Shown: positions 28,172 through 38,126, counted from the first letter of the stretch. The stretch is 64,000 nt of DNA from Candidatus Poseidoniales archaeon (GCA_038116375.1 JAYNUQ010000002.1:26766-90765); one strand, 5' to 3'. Numbers and translations: made by a program. Notes: generated from the sequence alone by a model not told the origin.

Positions 28172-31100
28172 GGCCGTAGAATACAATCCAAACCACGGCG
28201 CGAATGTTCCGTCCCCCGTTTCCAATGCCGTCGGAGGGGACATATTCTCCACCGTTGTAATAGCCTCGATAGGTGATGTGGTTCGAGTTATTTGTTCCGT
28301 TGTCAACCCAACTCGTTATGTCGTACGTCCACTGTTTGACGTCCTGGCCTGCGCACCAACCTGCACGACCAAACGGCCACGAACCGAATTGATTGGCTAC
28401 TACACCATTACCCACTTCGTTTTCGCATCCCTCGTTGCTGTAAACGATGGGGTGCCACTCGTATGTTTGGTGTTCACCCATCGTGTAGTGGTGCTGGTGA
28501 TCGCAGAATTCTGCACAATTGGCGGTGTCTTTGTTGAAGCCATGACCCGTGATGGTCGCGACAATTTCAACGCTGGTCGCTTCCTGTGGCACGGTGAAGT
28601 TCATTTGTCGGAGGTAGCGAGATTCGTTGTTGTATGTACCATCAAATTGGCCACCGCTAAAGGCATAGGTGCCGTTGATGGAACGAGTACCGCTGCCCCA
28701 GTTGCTAAACAGGAAGGTGACGGTCAAATCGCCTTTGTTGGCTCCAGCATACTTGAAACGACGCTCTTCACCGTCGTCAAGCATGAACAGATAGGGGGAG
28801 ATATCGGTCAACCACATACCCTCACGCCCGTAGGTGGTGATCCATCGAACCGACTCGGTCGAACATACGGAATTGTTGTCTCGGTCACAAATGAAGAGAT
28901 AAGCGAGGTAATCCCACTCGTGGCATCCTCCATACGTGCCATCGGATTTTTGGTACCTGTTGGTGCGCTCGAAGCAAGCGTGTTCGTGGTAGACCTCAAG
29001 CGTGTCATAACTCGAGAGGTCGTTTGGTAGGTCGAATGTTGCGTTTGAAAACGAGGAGTAGCCCGAACCCCAACCGCCAGCATGGCGTTGGAAATCCATG
29101 ACCGAAACGGCGTGTACGGCAGGGTCTTGTTCTCTGATTTTCGTCGGGAATTCTGCAACCCACTGATTGGGTTCGTAGGAGAGGTGGTACGGGTCGTTGG
29201 ATTGGCTTGTCCATGCATAGAGTGAACCCGTTTCTCGAGATAGTTGGAAGCGGTCTATGCCCATGAAGAACGGATTGTTGAATGAACCGATCATGTTTCC
29301 AAGCCCTCCTCCAAGGTTGCTTGCGTCGACATCGATGTAGTGGATTCTGTCGTCCCAATACGCTTCCTCGCTTGCGGTAAGACCTGCAAGAACGGCGTTT
29401 TGTTGTTGTATCACATCGTTGTGGTAGGTGTTGTCAAATGAGCCGTAGAAGAGGTGGGTGTTCTCGGGAAGATTCCTGATAAATCGCCCAGGATTTTGTC
29501 CCCATGTTGCACCGTTGTTATTACCGCTCGAATCGGTGTACTTGAACATGAAGAAATAGACGTCATCCCCGGTCCAACGGTCCTTGAAATTGAAACTGCC
29601 GTTCAGGGTGGGGAAGGAAAATTGGGGAACGGTCTGCATCGGTCCATTGAGGCTGCTTGCGTCCGTCCAAGCCACTGGCAATTGAATGACTGCGCATCCG
29701 TTTTCGTCCACGCTCCACCGGTCAGGAGAATTCGAACAGTCGTCTGCATTTGCGAAGACGCCATCACCGTCGATGTCCGCACATCCCACAGTGTTGACGG
29801 TGAGGCCGCTGGGTGTGCCTTCGCATTCGTCGAGCAGGTCGTTGACCCCATCGGCATCGGTGTCTCGTTCTACCGCTGCGCATCCGTTTTCGTCAACATC
29901 CGTGGCGTTGAGTGGCGTTTGTGGACAGCGGTCGAGCATATCCCCCGTAGCGTTGACGTCGTTCACACCGTCGTTGTCGTCGTCATCGTCCTCTGTGGCA
30001 TCCTGACATCCATCGTTATCCCAGTCATTACTTGCATCGGATTCCCAGTTGGCTACGCCCTTTTGACAGGCATCGTTGACATCAAGATGCCCGTCATTGT
30101 CATCGTTGTCATCTTCATCAAGGTCAGAACAACCGTCGTTGTCCCAATCGCTGTACCGATTCGAATACCAACCCTTGCGCCCGACAGGGCAGAGGTCATC
30201 AACATCATCAACCCCATCGTTGTCATCGTCCAAATCTTCGTCGGCATCATGGCAGCCGTCGTAATCGTAATCGGCAGGGGGTGTGCTCACCCATCCGTAC
30301 GATGTTGGGCACAGGTCATAGGTGTCGACAATACCGTCGTTGTCATCATCATCGTCCTCATCGTTGTCCCTGCAACCGTCTTGGTCTCCGTCCGTGGCTT
30401 GGGTTGATTGCCAACCTTCGTTCGCGCCGATTCCAGACGGACATCGGTCCTCCACATCCTGCACGCCATCGCCGTCTTCATCATCACCAGCACCCTCGAT
30501 GACGACCTGGGTCGTCGTCGTGTCGCTTGAGGCGGAAAAGCGACCGCAGTCTGCCGTGGTGGTGATCGTGTGTGAACTGGTCGCCTCCGTGAAGTCAATG
30601 AGGACCTTCCAAGCACCGGTGCTGTCAAGTGAAAAGCTGCCTTCTGTTCCATCGGTAATGGTGTACGAGACGGCACATGAATCGATGTAAAGGTGGTCGA
30701 CCGCACCCTCAAACCAAACGACGTCGGGCTGCTCTAGCACCAATCTGTTGGGTGCGGTGATGATCGGAGCAGGCTCATTTGGAGCGCTGACCATCAATAC
30801 CCTGACTTGAGGCTCAAGGGGTGGGGAGAGTTCCGTCACTCCCGTATTTCGAACGGTCACGGACACGATGTGTTCTCCGGTGGTTTCTGGCGTGAATGTC
30901 AGTTGGTATCCCTGGTTTTGTTCCTTCCAGTCAAGGGATGAAAGTGGGCTGAAATTGGGTTGGAGTACGGAAACTTCAACCTCCCATTCGCCTTCACCCT
31001 CTTGCTCCATTCCGAGAAGATAGGACACCTCTTCACCGAGTTGAACCTCTGCTGGCGAGAGAATCCACGTTGGTTGGAGTGTGTATGTGGACGCCGTTGG

Positions 31101-31196
31101 TTCTTCGAAATCCGGAACGGATTCGGTTCCTCCGAGACACCCCGCCAAGGCCATGAGGCCAACCAAGAAGAGAGCAGAGTATTTGCGCAGGTCCAT
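28161..31196 (-). CDS. surface lipoprotein with TSP3 repeats and a C-terminal PNGase F-like (N-glycanase) domain
   Basis: The lipobox signal is MDLRKYSALFLVGLMALAGC. The central region is Asp-rich with DxDxDG repeats and paired Cys. The C-terminus matches hallmark PNGase F segments: CHEWDYLAYLFIC (PNGase F: CDEWDRYANVYV), ITGHGFNKDTANCAEFC (ISGWGHA...GCAEWC) and FGRAGWCAGQDV (DRAGWCPGMAV). Confidence 0.75.
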   Translation of the reverse strand: MDLRKYSALFLVGLMALAGCLGGTESVPDFEEPTASTYTLQPTWILSPAEVQLGEEVSYLLGMEQEGEGEWEVEVSVLQPNFSPLSSLDWKEQNQGYQLTFTPETTGEHIVSVTVRNTGVTELSPPLEPQVRVLMVSAPNEPAPIITAPNRLVLEQPDVVWFEGAVDHLYIDSCAVSYTITDGTEGSFSLDSTGAWKVLIDFTEATSSHTITTTADCGRFSASSDTTTTQVVIEGAGDDEDGDGVQDVEDRCPSGIGANEGWQSTQATDGDQDGCRDNDEDDDDDNDGIVDTYDLCPTSYGWVSTPPADYDYDGCHDADEDLDDDNDGVDDVDDLCPVGRKGWYSNRYSDWDNDGCSDLDEDDNDDNDGHLDVNDACQKGVANWESDASNDWDNDGCQDATEDDDDDNDGVNDVNATGDMLDRCPQTPLNATDVDENGCAAVERDTDADGVNDLLDECEGTPSGLTVNTVGCADIDGDGVFANADDCSNSPDRWSVDENGCAVIQLPVAWTDASSLNGPMQTVPQFSFPTLNGSFNFKDRWTGDDVYFFMFKYTDSSGNNNGATWGQNPGRFIRNLPENTHLFYGSFDNTYHNDVIQQQNAVLAGLTASEEAYWDDRIHYIDVDASNLGGGLGNMIGSFNNPFFMGIDRFQLSRETGSLYAWTSQSNDPYHLSYEPNQWVAEFPTKIREQDPAVHAVSVMDFQRHAGGWGSGYSSFSNATFDLPNDLSSYDTLEVYHEHACFERTNRYQKSDGTYGGCHEWDYLAYLFICDRDNNSVCSTESVRWITTYGREGMWLTDISPYLFMLDDGEERRFKYAGANKGDLTVTFLFSNWGSGTRSINGTYAFSGGQFDGTYNNESRYLRQMNFTVPQEATSVEIVATITGHGFNKDTANCAEFCDHQHHYTMGEHQTYEWHPIVYSNEGCENEVGNGVVANQFGSWPFGRAGWCAGQDVKQWTYDITSWVDNGTNNSNHITYRGYYNGGEYVPSDGIGNGGRNIRAVVWIVFYGPTT
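29687..30488 (-). repeat. TSP3-like Asp/Cys-rich repeat region within the 28161..31196 CDS
   Basis: There are about 9 repeats of the form D-x-D-x-D-G-(x)n-D-x-C-P, for example DEDGDGVQDVEDRCP, DDDNDGIVDTYDLCP, DDDNDGVDDVDDLCP and DTDADGVNDLLDEC. Confidence 0.7.
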
Positions 31197-31233
31197 GCTT
31201 TGTGGTCATCATGGCTGTCCTTGAATGTGTTGT

Positions 31234-32370
31234 CTACGTCATATCAAGTTCAGAGCGACCGTCGTGGAGCGGGGGCGATGCGAGGTTTACGGTTTGCGGA
31301 GAATGGGCCACCTTGAGCGGTTGAACCCAAAGCAATGCTCCACCTCGTTTTCGGTCAATTCTGAGAATGCATTCCCAATGGATTCGAAGGAGGTCTGAGT
31401 TCACTGAGCCGGGCCACGTGGGTTGCGGAGGTTCGAGCCGTACCGGTTCATCTTTATTCCACCGTTGTGGCTTCCCTTGAACCATGATGCGCATGGGCCT
31501 CAGGTACAGACCTCCCTTGACTTCCTTCAGTTCCATGGGAGCATCTTCCCCTCCCGCAGTCCCATCGTCGAGACCCACTTCCCAGTGGTGCGGTAATTCT
31601 GTTGAGAGACCGGGTGGCGGTTGACGATTCGGCACCCTTTCAAGCGTTTCAAACAAAACCTCCCTCGAGGGTGGCAATACACCAACCCGGAGGATGGCAT
31701 CAACATGGTTCCATTCTTCGTCCCATTCGGGGAAGGTTACGACGAATTCCAGCGCTTCATCGGCGCGACTGTCGTTTGAAAATTCGATAACTGGAGGGCT
31801 GAGATTCCGTTTAAGAAATTGATTTTGTCGTCGCAATTCTCCCAGGTTTGCACCAACTCGAATGAGCAGCGGCGCAAAGATGAGAGGAACCACCACAACT
31901 GCGAGGGCTGGATAATCCAGTAAACCCCACCGAACCGTTTCCAACCCGTAAACGGGGAGTTTGAAGAACAACAAAACAGGTGAGATAAAGAGATAGAAGA
32001 GACATACCAAAAGGACGACGACAACGCCGTTGATGAATTGACGCAGGATGTTGTGAATGGGGTTGGGAATCAAGTACCAACCTCGCCGTTGTCGGTTTAC
32101 AAGTCGAACAAACCCTTCTTCCTCAAGGACGGCGTCATCAATTGGCGTGGTTAGTTCCTGTTCATCAAAAATAAACGACCGTTCAATCAACCATCCATCG
32201 CTGGAGCCAAGACGAAACACAGGTTTGCTGAGGGTACTGCTCGCCTCTTCTTTTGTTGCGAATTGCCCAAGTTCGTATCGATGCGTGGCAACAGGAAGTG
32301 CACTTGATTCCCATCTTGCGGCTTCAAACGGAGGGTAGCGAACTCGGTGTTGTTCATACAGTGGCTTCAC
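31234..32370 (-). CDS. hypothetical membrane protein
   Basis: The 378-aa protein has a soluble N-terminal domain, two central TM helices (VVVLLVCLFYLFISPVLLFF and ALAVVVVPLIFAPLLI) and a soluble C-terminal domain. I recognise no family. Confidence 0.6.
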   Translation of the reverse strand: MKPLYEQHRVRYPPFEAARWESSALPVATHRYELGQFATKEEASSTLSKPVFRLGSSDGWLIERSFIFDEQELTTPIDDAVLEEEGFVRLVNRQRRGWYLIPNPIHNILRQFINGVVVVLLVCLFYLFISPVLLFFKLPVYGLETVRWGLLDYPALAVVVVPLIFAPLLIRVGANLGELRRQNQFLKRNLSPPVIEFSNDSRADEALEFVVTFPEWDEEWNHVDAILRVGVLPPSREVLFETLERVPNRQPPPGLSTELPHHWEVGLDDGTAGGEDAPMELKEVKGGLYLRPMRIMVQGKPQRWNKDEPVRLEPPQPTWPGSVNSDLLRIHWECILRIDRKRGGALLWVQPLKVAHSPQTVNLASPPLHDGRSELDMT

Positions 32371-32379
32371 GAGACCACC

Positions 32380-33594
32380 TCATGACAACAGCAGTCGCAC
32401 GCCCGCTTTGAGCGCAAGCGGCCGGAACGCAGGAACCTGGCGAAGGAGGGCCATGCCCAATGGAACGGGCTTCTCAATATCTCCAATTGCGTTGATCAGG
32501 CTAAGCGTATCTGGATGAGCGAAGTTGATGAAGTGCTTGTCGAGCACTTCGTCAGTGCAGTCACTGACAAGCAAATTTCGGAGCGCACGAGCCCTGTCCT
32601 GTTCTTTTTTCATGGCGTTCCATGGTTGCTTGGTAATGGCTTTGAGATTGGACTCGCTCAACGTGTTCTTTTCGATGGCCTCAACGAGCGGTTTGAGGAT
32701 GCACTGAATTTGATGGAATCCAGGGCCAAGGCCACCACCTGTTGTGGGTTTGGCCATGCCCGCAGCATCACCGAGGAGCATCACTCTGTTTTTCACCGGG
32801 TGTTTGACCATACCCGATGGGACAGGACCGCAGAATCGTGCAATTTCGGAGGTGTTGGCAAACCGCTCTTTCCACAGCGGATGGTCCATTAAATCTTGAT
32901 AACAGGATTCAATGCTTCTCCCGTTGAGTCGGTCAGCCGTGGACCAAAGGCCAATTCGGTGGGTGCCAAATCCCGATGGTATCACCCAGGCAAAAAATCC
33001 CGGTGCGATGGCACTGCCGCTGTACATCTCAAGCCAACGATCTCGACCTTCATACCCAACCACTTCGGTTTGAAAACCAATCATCAATTCCTTCATTCGC
33101 CCCATCTTGAACGTACGTCGTGTCCAACTGTGGGCGCCATCTGCACCGATGAAAAGTTTGCACGAAATCGTGTGTTCAATGCCTTCTTTGCGAACCACTA
33201 CCTCAACACCCGAGTCAGAGGGTTGAGCAGCGAGGGGCACACTGTCCAACCACAAGGTAGCGCCGGCTTCCATTCCTTGTTGGACGACATACTGATCGAA
33301 GCGTTTCCTGCAGACCACATACGTTCTCAACGTACCTTCAGTGCCCACGGGTACCAACGTCCCGCTGGGTCCGTGTATGAGGGCACCGTCAACCTCCTGA
33401 AGCACGGTTTCGTAGGCCTCAACGGCGTCCATGGCCGACGGCGTCACCAAACCAGCGCACTGGAACGGGCGCCCGATTTCTTTGTGCTCCTCAAGCATGA
33501 GGACGTTCAACCCTTCTTGGCTGAGGAGTGTGGCTGCCCGCCCACCCACTGGACCTGCGCCGACGATGATGACGTCGTAATCGTGGTGGTCCAT
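32380..33594 (-). CDS. geranylgeranyl reductase family flavoprotein (archaeal lipid saturase type)
   Basis: YDVIIVGAGPVGGRAA is the FAD dinucleotide fold. LLGDAAGMAKPTTGGGL is also present, and the protein is about 400 aa. Confidence 0.85.
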   Translation of the reverse strand: MDHHDYDVIIVGAGPVGGRAATLLSQEGLNVLMLEEHKEIGRPFQCAGLVTPSAMDAVEAYETVLQEVDGALIHGPSGTLVPVGTEGTLRTYVVCRKRFDQYVVQQGMEAGATLWLDSVPLAAQPSDSGVEVVVRKEGIEHTISCKLFIGADGAHSWTRRTFKMGRMKELMIGFQTEVVGYEGRDRWLEMYSGSAIAPGFFAWVIPSGFGTHRIGLWSTADRLNGRSIESCYQDLMDHPLWKERFANTSEIARFCGPVPSGMVKHPVKNRVMLLGDAAGMAKPTTGGGLGPGFHQIQCILKPLVEAIEKNTLSESNLKAITKQPWNAMKKEQDRARALRNLLVSDCTDEVLDKHFINFAHPDTLSLINAIGDIEKPVPLGMALLRQVPAFRPLALKAGVRLLLS

Positions 33595-33649
33595 GAGATT
33601 CCCTGCAGAAGGTATTGTTTCAACCTTCCTTCATCAACGGCCTCGCTGC

Positions 33650-36391
33650 TCACCTTTTGGCGAATTTATAGCCAATTGATTGGTTCTTTTTCAAGTAAAG
33701 TGTGGCTGAAAACGGGTTGTTGGTTTTCTTTGACACAAAGTCATCGAACGGTCCAAGTGAACCCGTTTCAACCAGGGTTTTTGCCTCGTCTCGACTGATG
33801 TCGCGTTTGGAAATGCACCGCTCAATGTGAATTTTACAATTTGCAGAGGAATCTTCTGCGGTGTAGTGTGTTTCTGTTTCGATGATGTTGGTTTTGGTTT
33901 TTGGACAAACCGCAACGACACCCGGAACCACAGGGAACCGTTTGGCGTCTGCCGCAGCGGCCCGAGGTGGGAAATCAAAGGATACTCTGTTTTTATCCAA
34001 CATCAAAAAGGCGCTAAACGGGCGGTTTTTTCTGGAGGTGAAGTCTTCCAAAAGCTTGGATTTTCCATCCACAAAGATGTCTTTTGCCTCTTCGGGTGTG
34101 ATGGCTCGCTTGCACATGACGTTTTGCATGCCTCTGAATTTACAGTCTGGATTGTCGCAATTGTAGGCAGATGGTGTGATTCGAATGGAGCCGTGGTCAC
34201 ATACAGGACACGGACACAGGACCTCATCATCTTCACTGGCACCCCCACCGGCTGCGCCTTTTCCAGCAACCTTTCCGTCCTTGGCGAGTACGACCGATGT
34301 ATCGTAGCCTTCACCTGCCTGCGAGAAGAATCCGTGAAGGTCCTCCAACGAACCGTTTTCAATCAATCGTGCGGCGGTTGTCCGGTCAAACCAGCGTCCA
34401 GATGTGTCCTTCCAAAACACGAACGAGCAGCCTTTGTTTTTTCCTTCGTTATGCTCGCACTGATAGGCAAGCGTGTTTTCGAGAATGTCTCCTTGACACG
34501 ATGGACAGGAACCCAGGCTTGATTCGTTCAAGTACAAGGTGCTACGGTCATGGTCGCGAATTCGCTCGACCATGGTCTGAGTTTGTTGAATGATTTTGTC
34601 CATGTAGGCGTTCATGGGTTCTTCCCCGCGTTGAACGGCGAGGAGCGATGCTTCCATGTCGCCCGTAAGTTCGGGCGAGGTGATCCATTCGACGGGTATC
34701 CTACGAAGAACATCGATCATGCGAATGCCGTGGGGGGCAGCGCTGATGGTTCCGTTTCGAGAGCGTCGGATGTAGTTTCGAGCCAGCAATTTTTCGATGG
34801 TATCTGCACGGGTTGCCGGCGTACCCAAGCCCTTCTCCTTCATGGCCTCGGCGAGTTCGTCGTCCTCGATGTGCTTCCCAGCGTGTTCCATGAGTTGCAG
34901 GAGGCTGGCTTCCTTGAGCCTGTTTTTGGGCTTACTTTTTTCCTCTGAAAATTCATGCTCTTCGAGCGTAGAAGCACAGGGATTTTCAGGTAACTTCCCC
35001 CATCCTTCAGGCACCTTGTCCTTCTTGTGGATGACGGCTCTCCATCCGGGCGTTGTCAATTGCTCCACCTCTTTGATGAAACGATGGCCTGATTTGGACG
35101 TGGTACGCTTGTTCACCGTCCATTCTGCAACTGGGTGCCACGAAGCAAGGAAGTTTCGCACGATCATATCGTAGAGTTTGGCATGGTCTCCACCGAAATT
35201 TGATGGCGGCGTTTGACCTGTGGGAACGATGGCATAGTGGTCAGAAACCTTAGAGTTGTTAAAATTCCGTTTGGCGTTCGAAAGGCCATCAGATTGTAAA
35301 CGACGAACATGTTCTGTATAGTCGGATTGACCCGATAGTTGGTCGAGCGTTTTGGCCACAATCTCGTGCATATCCTCCGGAAGATGCTTTGAATCTGTTC
35401 GAGGATAGGTGGTGAGTTTGAATTTATCATACAGGTCTTGCGCCACGCCCAACGTACGCTTCGCTGACCACGACCAGAGGCTGTTCGCTCTTTTTTGGAG
35501 CGTCGTCAAATCAAAGTTAAGCGGTGGTTGTTCCTTCTTGATGCGGCTTGTTTCTTCTGTTGAATACCCACCGCTGTCTTTCAAGAGTGTTTCAATCGCT
35601 TCTTTTTCTGCGACGTCCATGATTCGGTGGGCTTTGTATTCTGGTCGGTCAACATCGTCTTTGTGCCCCACACGTTCCCACCGAGCCGTCCAACGAGCAT
35701 CCCCTGCGGTAAACGTGGCGTTGAGTTGCCAGTAGGGAACGGGTATGTGAGCAAGAACCTCAAGTTCGTGGTCGACAACGAGCGCCAACGTGGCTGTTTG
35801 AACACGGCCGAGTGAATTGGCAGAACGGTCTCGGCTTTGTGGCAATCGTGTAGCGACACGAGAGCCGTTCATTCCGATGATCCAGTCCGCCCGTGACCGA
35901 GAGTAAGCTGCGTCACTCAAGGCTTGATATTCCTCACCCGATTGGCGTGTTTCAAAGGCTTTTAACATCGCATCAAACGTCATTGACTGCATCCACATGC
36001 GCGAAGTTGGTGTCTTGACTTTGGCGTGCTCCACAATGGTTCGGAAGATGAGTTCACCTTCTCTGGCAGCGTCACAAGCGTTGACAATTTCCGTTGTTGA
36101 TTTGTCCTTTACGAGTTTCATGATGGCAGACAGTTGCTTTTTTGCGCGTCCACCTTTGGGTTTGTATTGAAACGATTCGGGGATGTAGGGCAGCCGTTCA
36201 ATGGTGTTTCTCCAATTTTTGAAGGCCTCATCATAATCATCCATGTACTTGAGCTCGAGTAAATGACCGATGGCCCACGTGATGATGATGTCCTCGCTGT
36301 GCCAGTGTGTATCGGTTTTTTTACCAACGCCGAGTACGTTGGCAAGGTCCTCGGCAACACTGGGTTTCTCAGCAATGATGACGATGGACAT
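33650..36391 (-). CDS. type IA DNA topoisomerase (topoisomerase III-like) with C-terminal zinc ribbons and Toprim C-terminal repeats
   Basis: The Toprim start is MSIVIIAEKPSVA. WAIGHLLEL and the active-site region LTTYPRTDSKHLP are present. There are several CxxC...CxxC ribbons and two F(T/V)S(R/K)K..PFSA.L.L repeats. An upstream ATG at 36478 overlaps the preceding ORF's stop as ATGA and is an alternative start. Confidence 0.85.
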   Translation of the reverse strand: MSIVIIAEKPSVAEDLANVLGVGKKTDTHWHSEDIIITWAIGHLLELKYMDDYDEAFKNWRNTIERLPYIPESFQYKPKGGRAKKQLSAIMKLVKDKSTTEIVNACDAAREGELIFRTIVEHAKVKTPTSRMWMQSMTFDAMLKAFETRQSGEEYQALSDAAYSRSRADWIIGMNGSRVATRLPQSRDRSANSLGRVQTATLALVVDHELEVLAHIPVPYWQLNATFTAGDARWTARWERVGHKDDVDRPEYKAHRIMDVAEKEAIETLLKDSGGYSTEETSRIKKEQPPLNFDLTTLQKRANSLWSWSAKRTLGVAQDLYDKFKLTTYPRTDSKHLPEDMHEIVAKTLDQLSGQSDYTEHVRRLQSDGLSNAKRNFNNSKVSDHYAIVPTGQTPPSNFGGDHAKLYDMIVRNFLASWHPVAEWTVNKRTTSKSGHRFIKEVEQLTTPGWRAVIHKKDKVPEGWGKLPENPCASTLEEHEFSEEKSKPKNRLKEASLLQLMEHAGKHIEDDELAEAMKEKGLGTPATRADTIEKLLARNYIRRSRNGTISAAPHGIRMIDVLRRIPVEWITSPELTGDMEASLLAVQRGEEPMNAYMDKIIQQTQTMVERIRDHDRSTLYLNESSLGSCPSCQGDILENTLAYQCEHNEGKNKGCSFVFWKDTSGRWFDRTTAARLIENGSLEDLHGFFSQAGEGYDTSVVLAKDGKVAGKGAAGGGASEDDEVLCPCPVCDHGSIRITPSAYNCDNPDCKFRGMQNVMCKRAITPEEAKDIFVDGKSKLLEDFTSRKNRPFSAFLMLDKNRVSFDFPPRAAAADAKRFPVVPGVVAVCPKTKTNIIETETHYTAEDSSANCKIHIERCISKRDISRDEAKTLVETGSLGPFDDFVSKKTNNPFSATLYLKKNQSIGYKFAKR

Positions 36392-36474
36392 GTGTTGAAT
36401 GCGCACCGACGACCATACTTGAACCCTCCTTTGGTCCCCCGATGCTGTCCCCCGTACGCATGAAATGTGCCATT

Positions 36475-36969
36475 TCATGGAAGATATTCTGGCGATTTTC
36501 GCAGGACTTCTCGGCTGGCTTCTTCATCCCAAGGTTGCTCAGCATTCGGCCCACCGCACCCCAAGCATCCGGGATAACCAGCTTGTAACAAGTCTTCTGC
36601 GACAGCGACGATTGTTCCCCACGCCTCGGTTGCATCCATGGGCAGCCAAATTGTGGGGAGGTCGGGTTCTTCCGCACCACATGCAACCAGTGGGTGCTCC
36701 TGTTGCTGGCTTGTCATCAGGAGCGTGGGCTCATCTGAAGCGCTGAACGCGGGAAAACGAGAGCGTGAGGGGATGGCATCTCCAATTTTGGTGCCGAGTT
36801 CATGGACTTTGGACGAAAGCCACTCTGGGCCGACAACGACCACATCGGTGGAGCGGAGGAGTGTTCGCGCAATTTCACGCACGACGGGCCAGCGCGGGTC
36901 GGTGATTCGCACGGTTTTATCCAATCGTAGGCAAGTCTTGAAGGATGGCGTGCGGAACACACCAACCAT
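36475..36969 (-). CDS. hypothetical protein (uncertain gene)
   Basis: This 164-aa ORF lies on the same strand as, and directly upstream of, the topoisomerase. Its composition is more protein-like than the opposite-strand extension of the pyrD ORF, which is S/T/R-rich. Its ATG would abut the pyrD ATG head-to-head, leaving no promoter space, so the start or the gene's existence is doubtful. Confidence 0.35.
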   Translation of the reverse strand: MVGVFRTPSFKTCLRLDKTVRITDPRWPVVREIARTLLRSTDVVVVGPEWLSSKVHELGTKIGDAIPSRSRFPAFSASDEPTLLMTSQQQEHPLVACGAEEPDLPTIWLPMDATEAWGTIVAVAEDLLQAGYPGCLGCGGPNAEQPWDEEASREVLRKSPEYLP

Positions 36970-38089
36970 GGGCGTGATTTACCGTTGGTTCCTGCGTCCT
37001 TTTCTTCGATTTCAAGATTCGGAAAAGGCTCACGGGCGCTCGCTGAACATGTTGCGGGTCATGGGTTCAAATCCCGTGAGTCGGCGAATGATTCGGTTGC
37101 TCTACAATCCGCGTAAATCCCTACCCGTTGAGTTGTTTGGGCATCATTACAAACACCCGTTTGGTCTTGCGGCGGGGATGGATAAAAATGCCAAAGCACT
37201 CAGAGGATGGGAATCAGCAGGCTTGTCGTTTGTTGAGATAGGTGGCGTCACCATGCTTGAGCAATCTGGCAATCCAAAACCGAGAATGTTCCGTGCAGCA
37301 CCGTCTCAAGCCCTTGTCAATCGTATGGGCTTCAACAATCACGGAAGCGAACGGATCCAAGCCTCGCTTCACGAACACTTCGCAAGGCACGGACGGCCAA
37401 GCATTCCGCTTTGGGTCAATCTTGGGAAATCAAAAGTGACGCCTCTTAACGAAGCTCACGTGGATTACGGGACCACTCTCAAGCGTTTGTGGTTGTACGG
37501 CGATGTCTTCGTTGTCAACGTTTCTTCACCGAATACCCCCAATCTCAGAGATCTGCAAAACGATGACGGTCTCAAACGCATTCTTCATCACTGCATGGCC
37601 ATCAACCAAGAGATGGCTGAGGCAAACAACGCCAATGCCAAACCCCTTCTCGTTAAGTTGGCACCCGACATGACCTCCGAACAATTGGTCCATCTTGCAA
37701 AAACGGCCAGGGACATCGGCGCCGATGGCATCGTTGTCTCCAACACGACGATTGAGCGGCCTGATTCATCAAACACATCCGAACAACGGGTGTTTTCCGA
37801 ACAGGGCGGGCTGAGCGGACAGCCGCTTAAGGCCAGATCGACCGAGATGATCAGAACCGTTCGTGCGGCGGTTGGAACCGAATGGCCGATCATCGGCGTG
37901 GGTGGAATAGGCTCGGCTGCTGATGCGTGGGAAAAAATCGAGGCGGGCGCAACCCTCCTCCAGGCTTACAGCGCATTTGTCTTTGAAGGTCCTGCGCTCA
38001 CCAAACAGGTCGTTCACGGTCTGCATCAACGTCTTTCGGTTTCCCCTCATTCAACCATCACCGAGGCGGTTGGTTGTTGGCACGATTGA
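36968..38089 (+). CDS. pyrD: dihydroorotate dehydrogenase (quinone-type, class 2)
   Basis: MGFNNHG, VNLGKSK, VVNVSSPNTPNLRDLQ, VSNTT, GGLSGQPL and GVGGI are present. I chose the start MGVIYRWFLRP at 36968. The ORF-track start at 36638 is an open upstream extension. Confidence 0.85.
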   Translation: MGVIYRWFLRPFLRFQDSEKAHGRSLNMLRVMGSNPVSRRMIRLLYNPRKSLPVELFGHHYKHPFGLAAGMDKNAKALRGWESAGLSFVEIGGVTMLEQSGNPKPRMFRAAPSQALVNRMGFNNHGSERIQASLHEHFARHGRPSIPLWVNLGKSKVTPLNEAHVDYGTTLKRLWLYGDVFVVNVSSPNTPNLRDLQNDDGLKRILHHCMAINQEMAEANNANAKPLLVKLAPDMTSEQLVHLAKTARDIGADGIVVSNTTIERPDSSNTSEQRVFSEQGGLSGQPLKARSTEMIRTVRAAVGTEWPIIGVGGIGSAADAWEKIEAGATLLQAYSAFVFEGPALTKQVVHGLHQRLSVSPHSTITEAVGCWHD

Positions 38090-38126
38090 AAAGAGGATTG
38101 TTAAGGGTCAGCGAGGTGGGAAAATC

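Noticed and set aside
33611-33631. An inverted repeat GAAGGT-N9-ACCTTC between the topoisomerase stop and the geranylgeranyl-reductase start, considered as a terminator.
   Set aside because: The stem is only 6 bp and no oligo-T tract follows on the transcribed (minus) strand. This is insufficient to call an archaeal terminator.
36638-36967. Upstream extensions of track ORFs: pyrD from 36638, mdh from 49944, the wHTH gene from 41849, endA from 41331, the topoisomerase from 36478 and the RecA-like gene from 6939.
   Set aside because: The extensions have junk-like composition and overlap neighbouring genes. They also precede internal ATGs that have SD-like sites and align with the canonical N-termini of the families.
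37055-37085. A tRNA-like T-arm sequence CATGGGTTCAAATCCCGTG.
   Set aside because: It lies in-frame inside the well-supported pyrD coding sequence (..VMGSNPVSR..). No matching acceptor stem or anticodon arm can be built from the upstream 60-70 nt.
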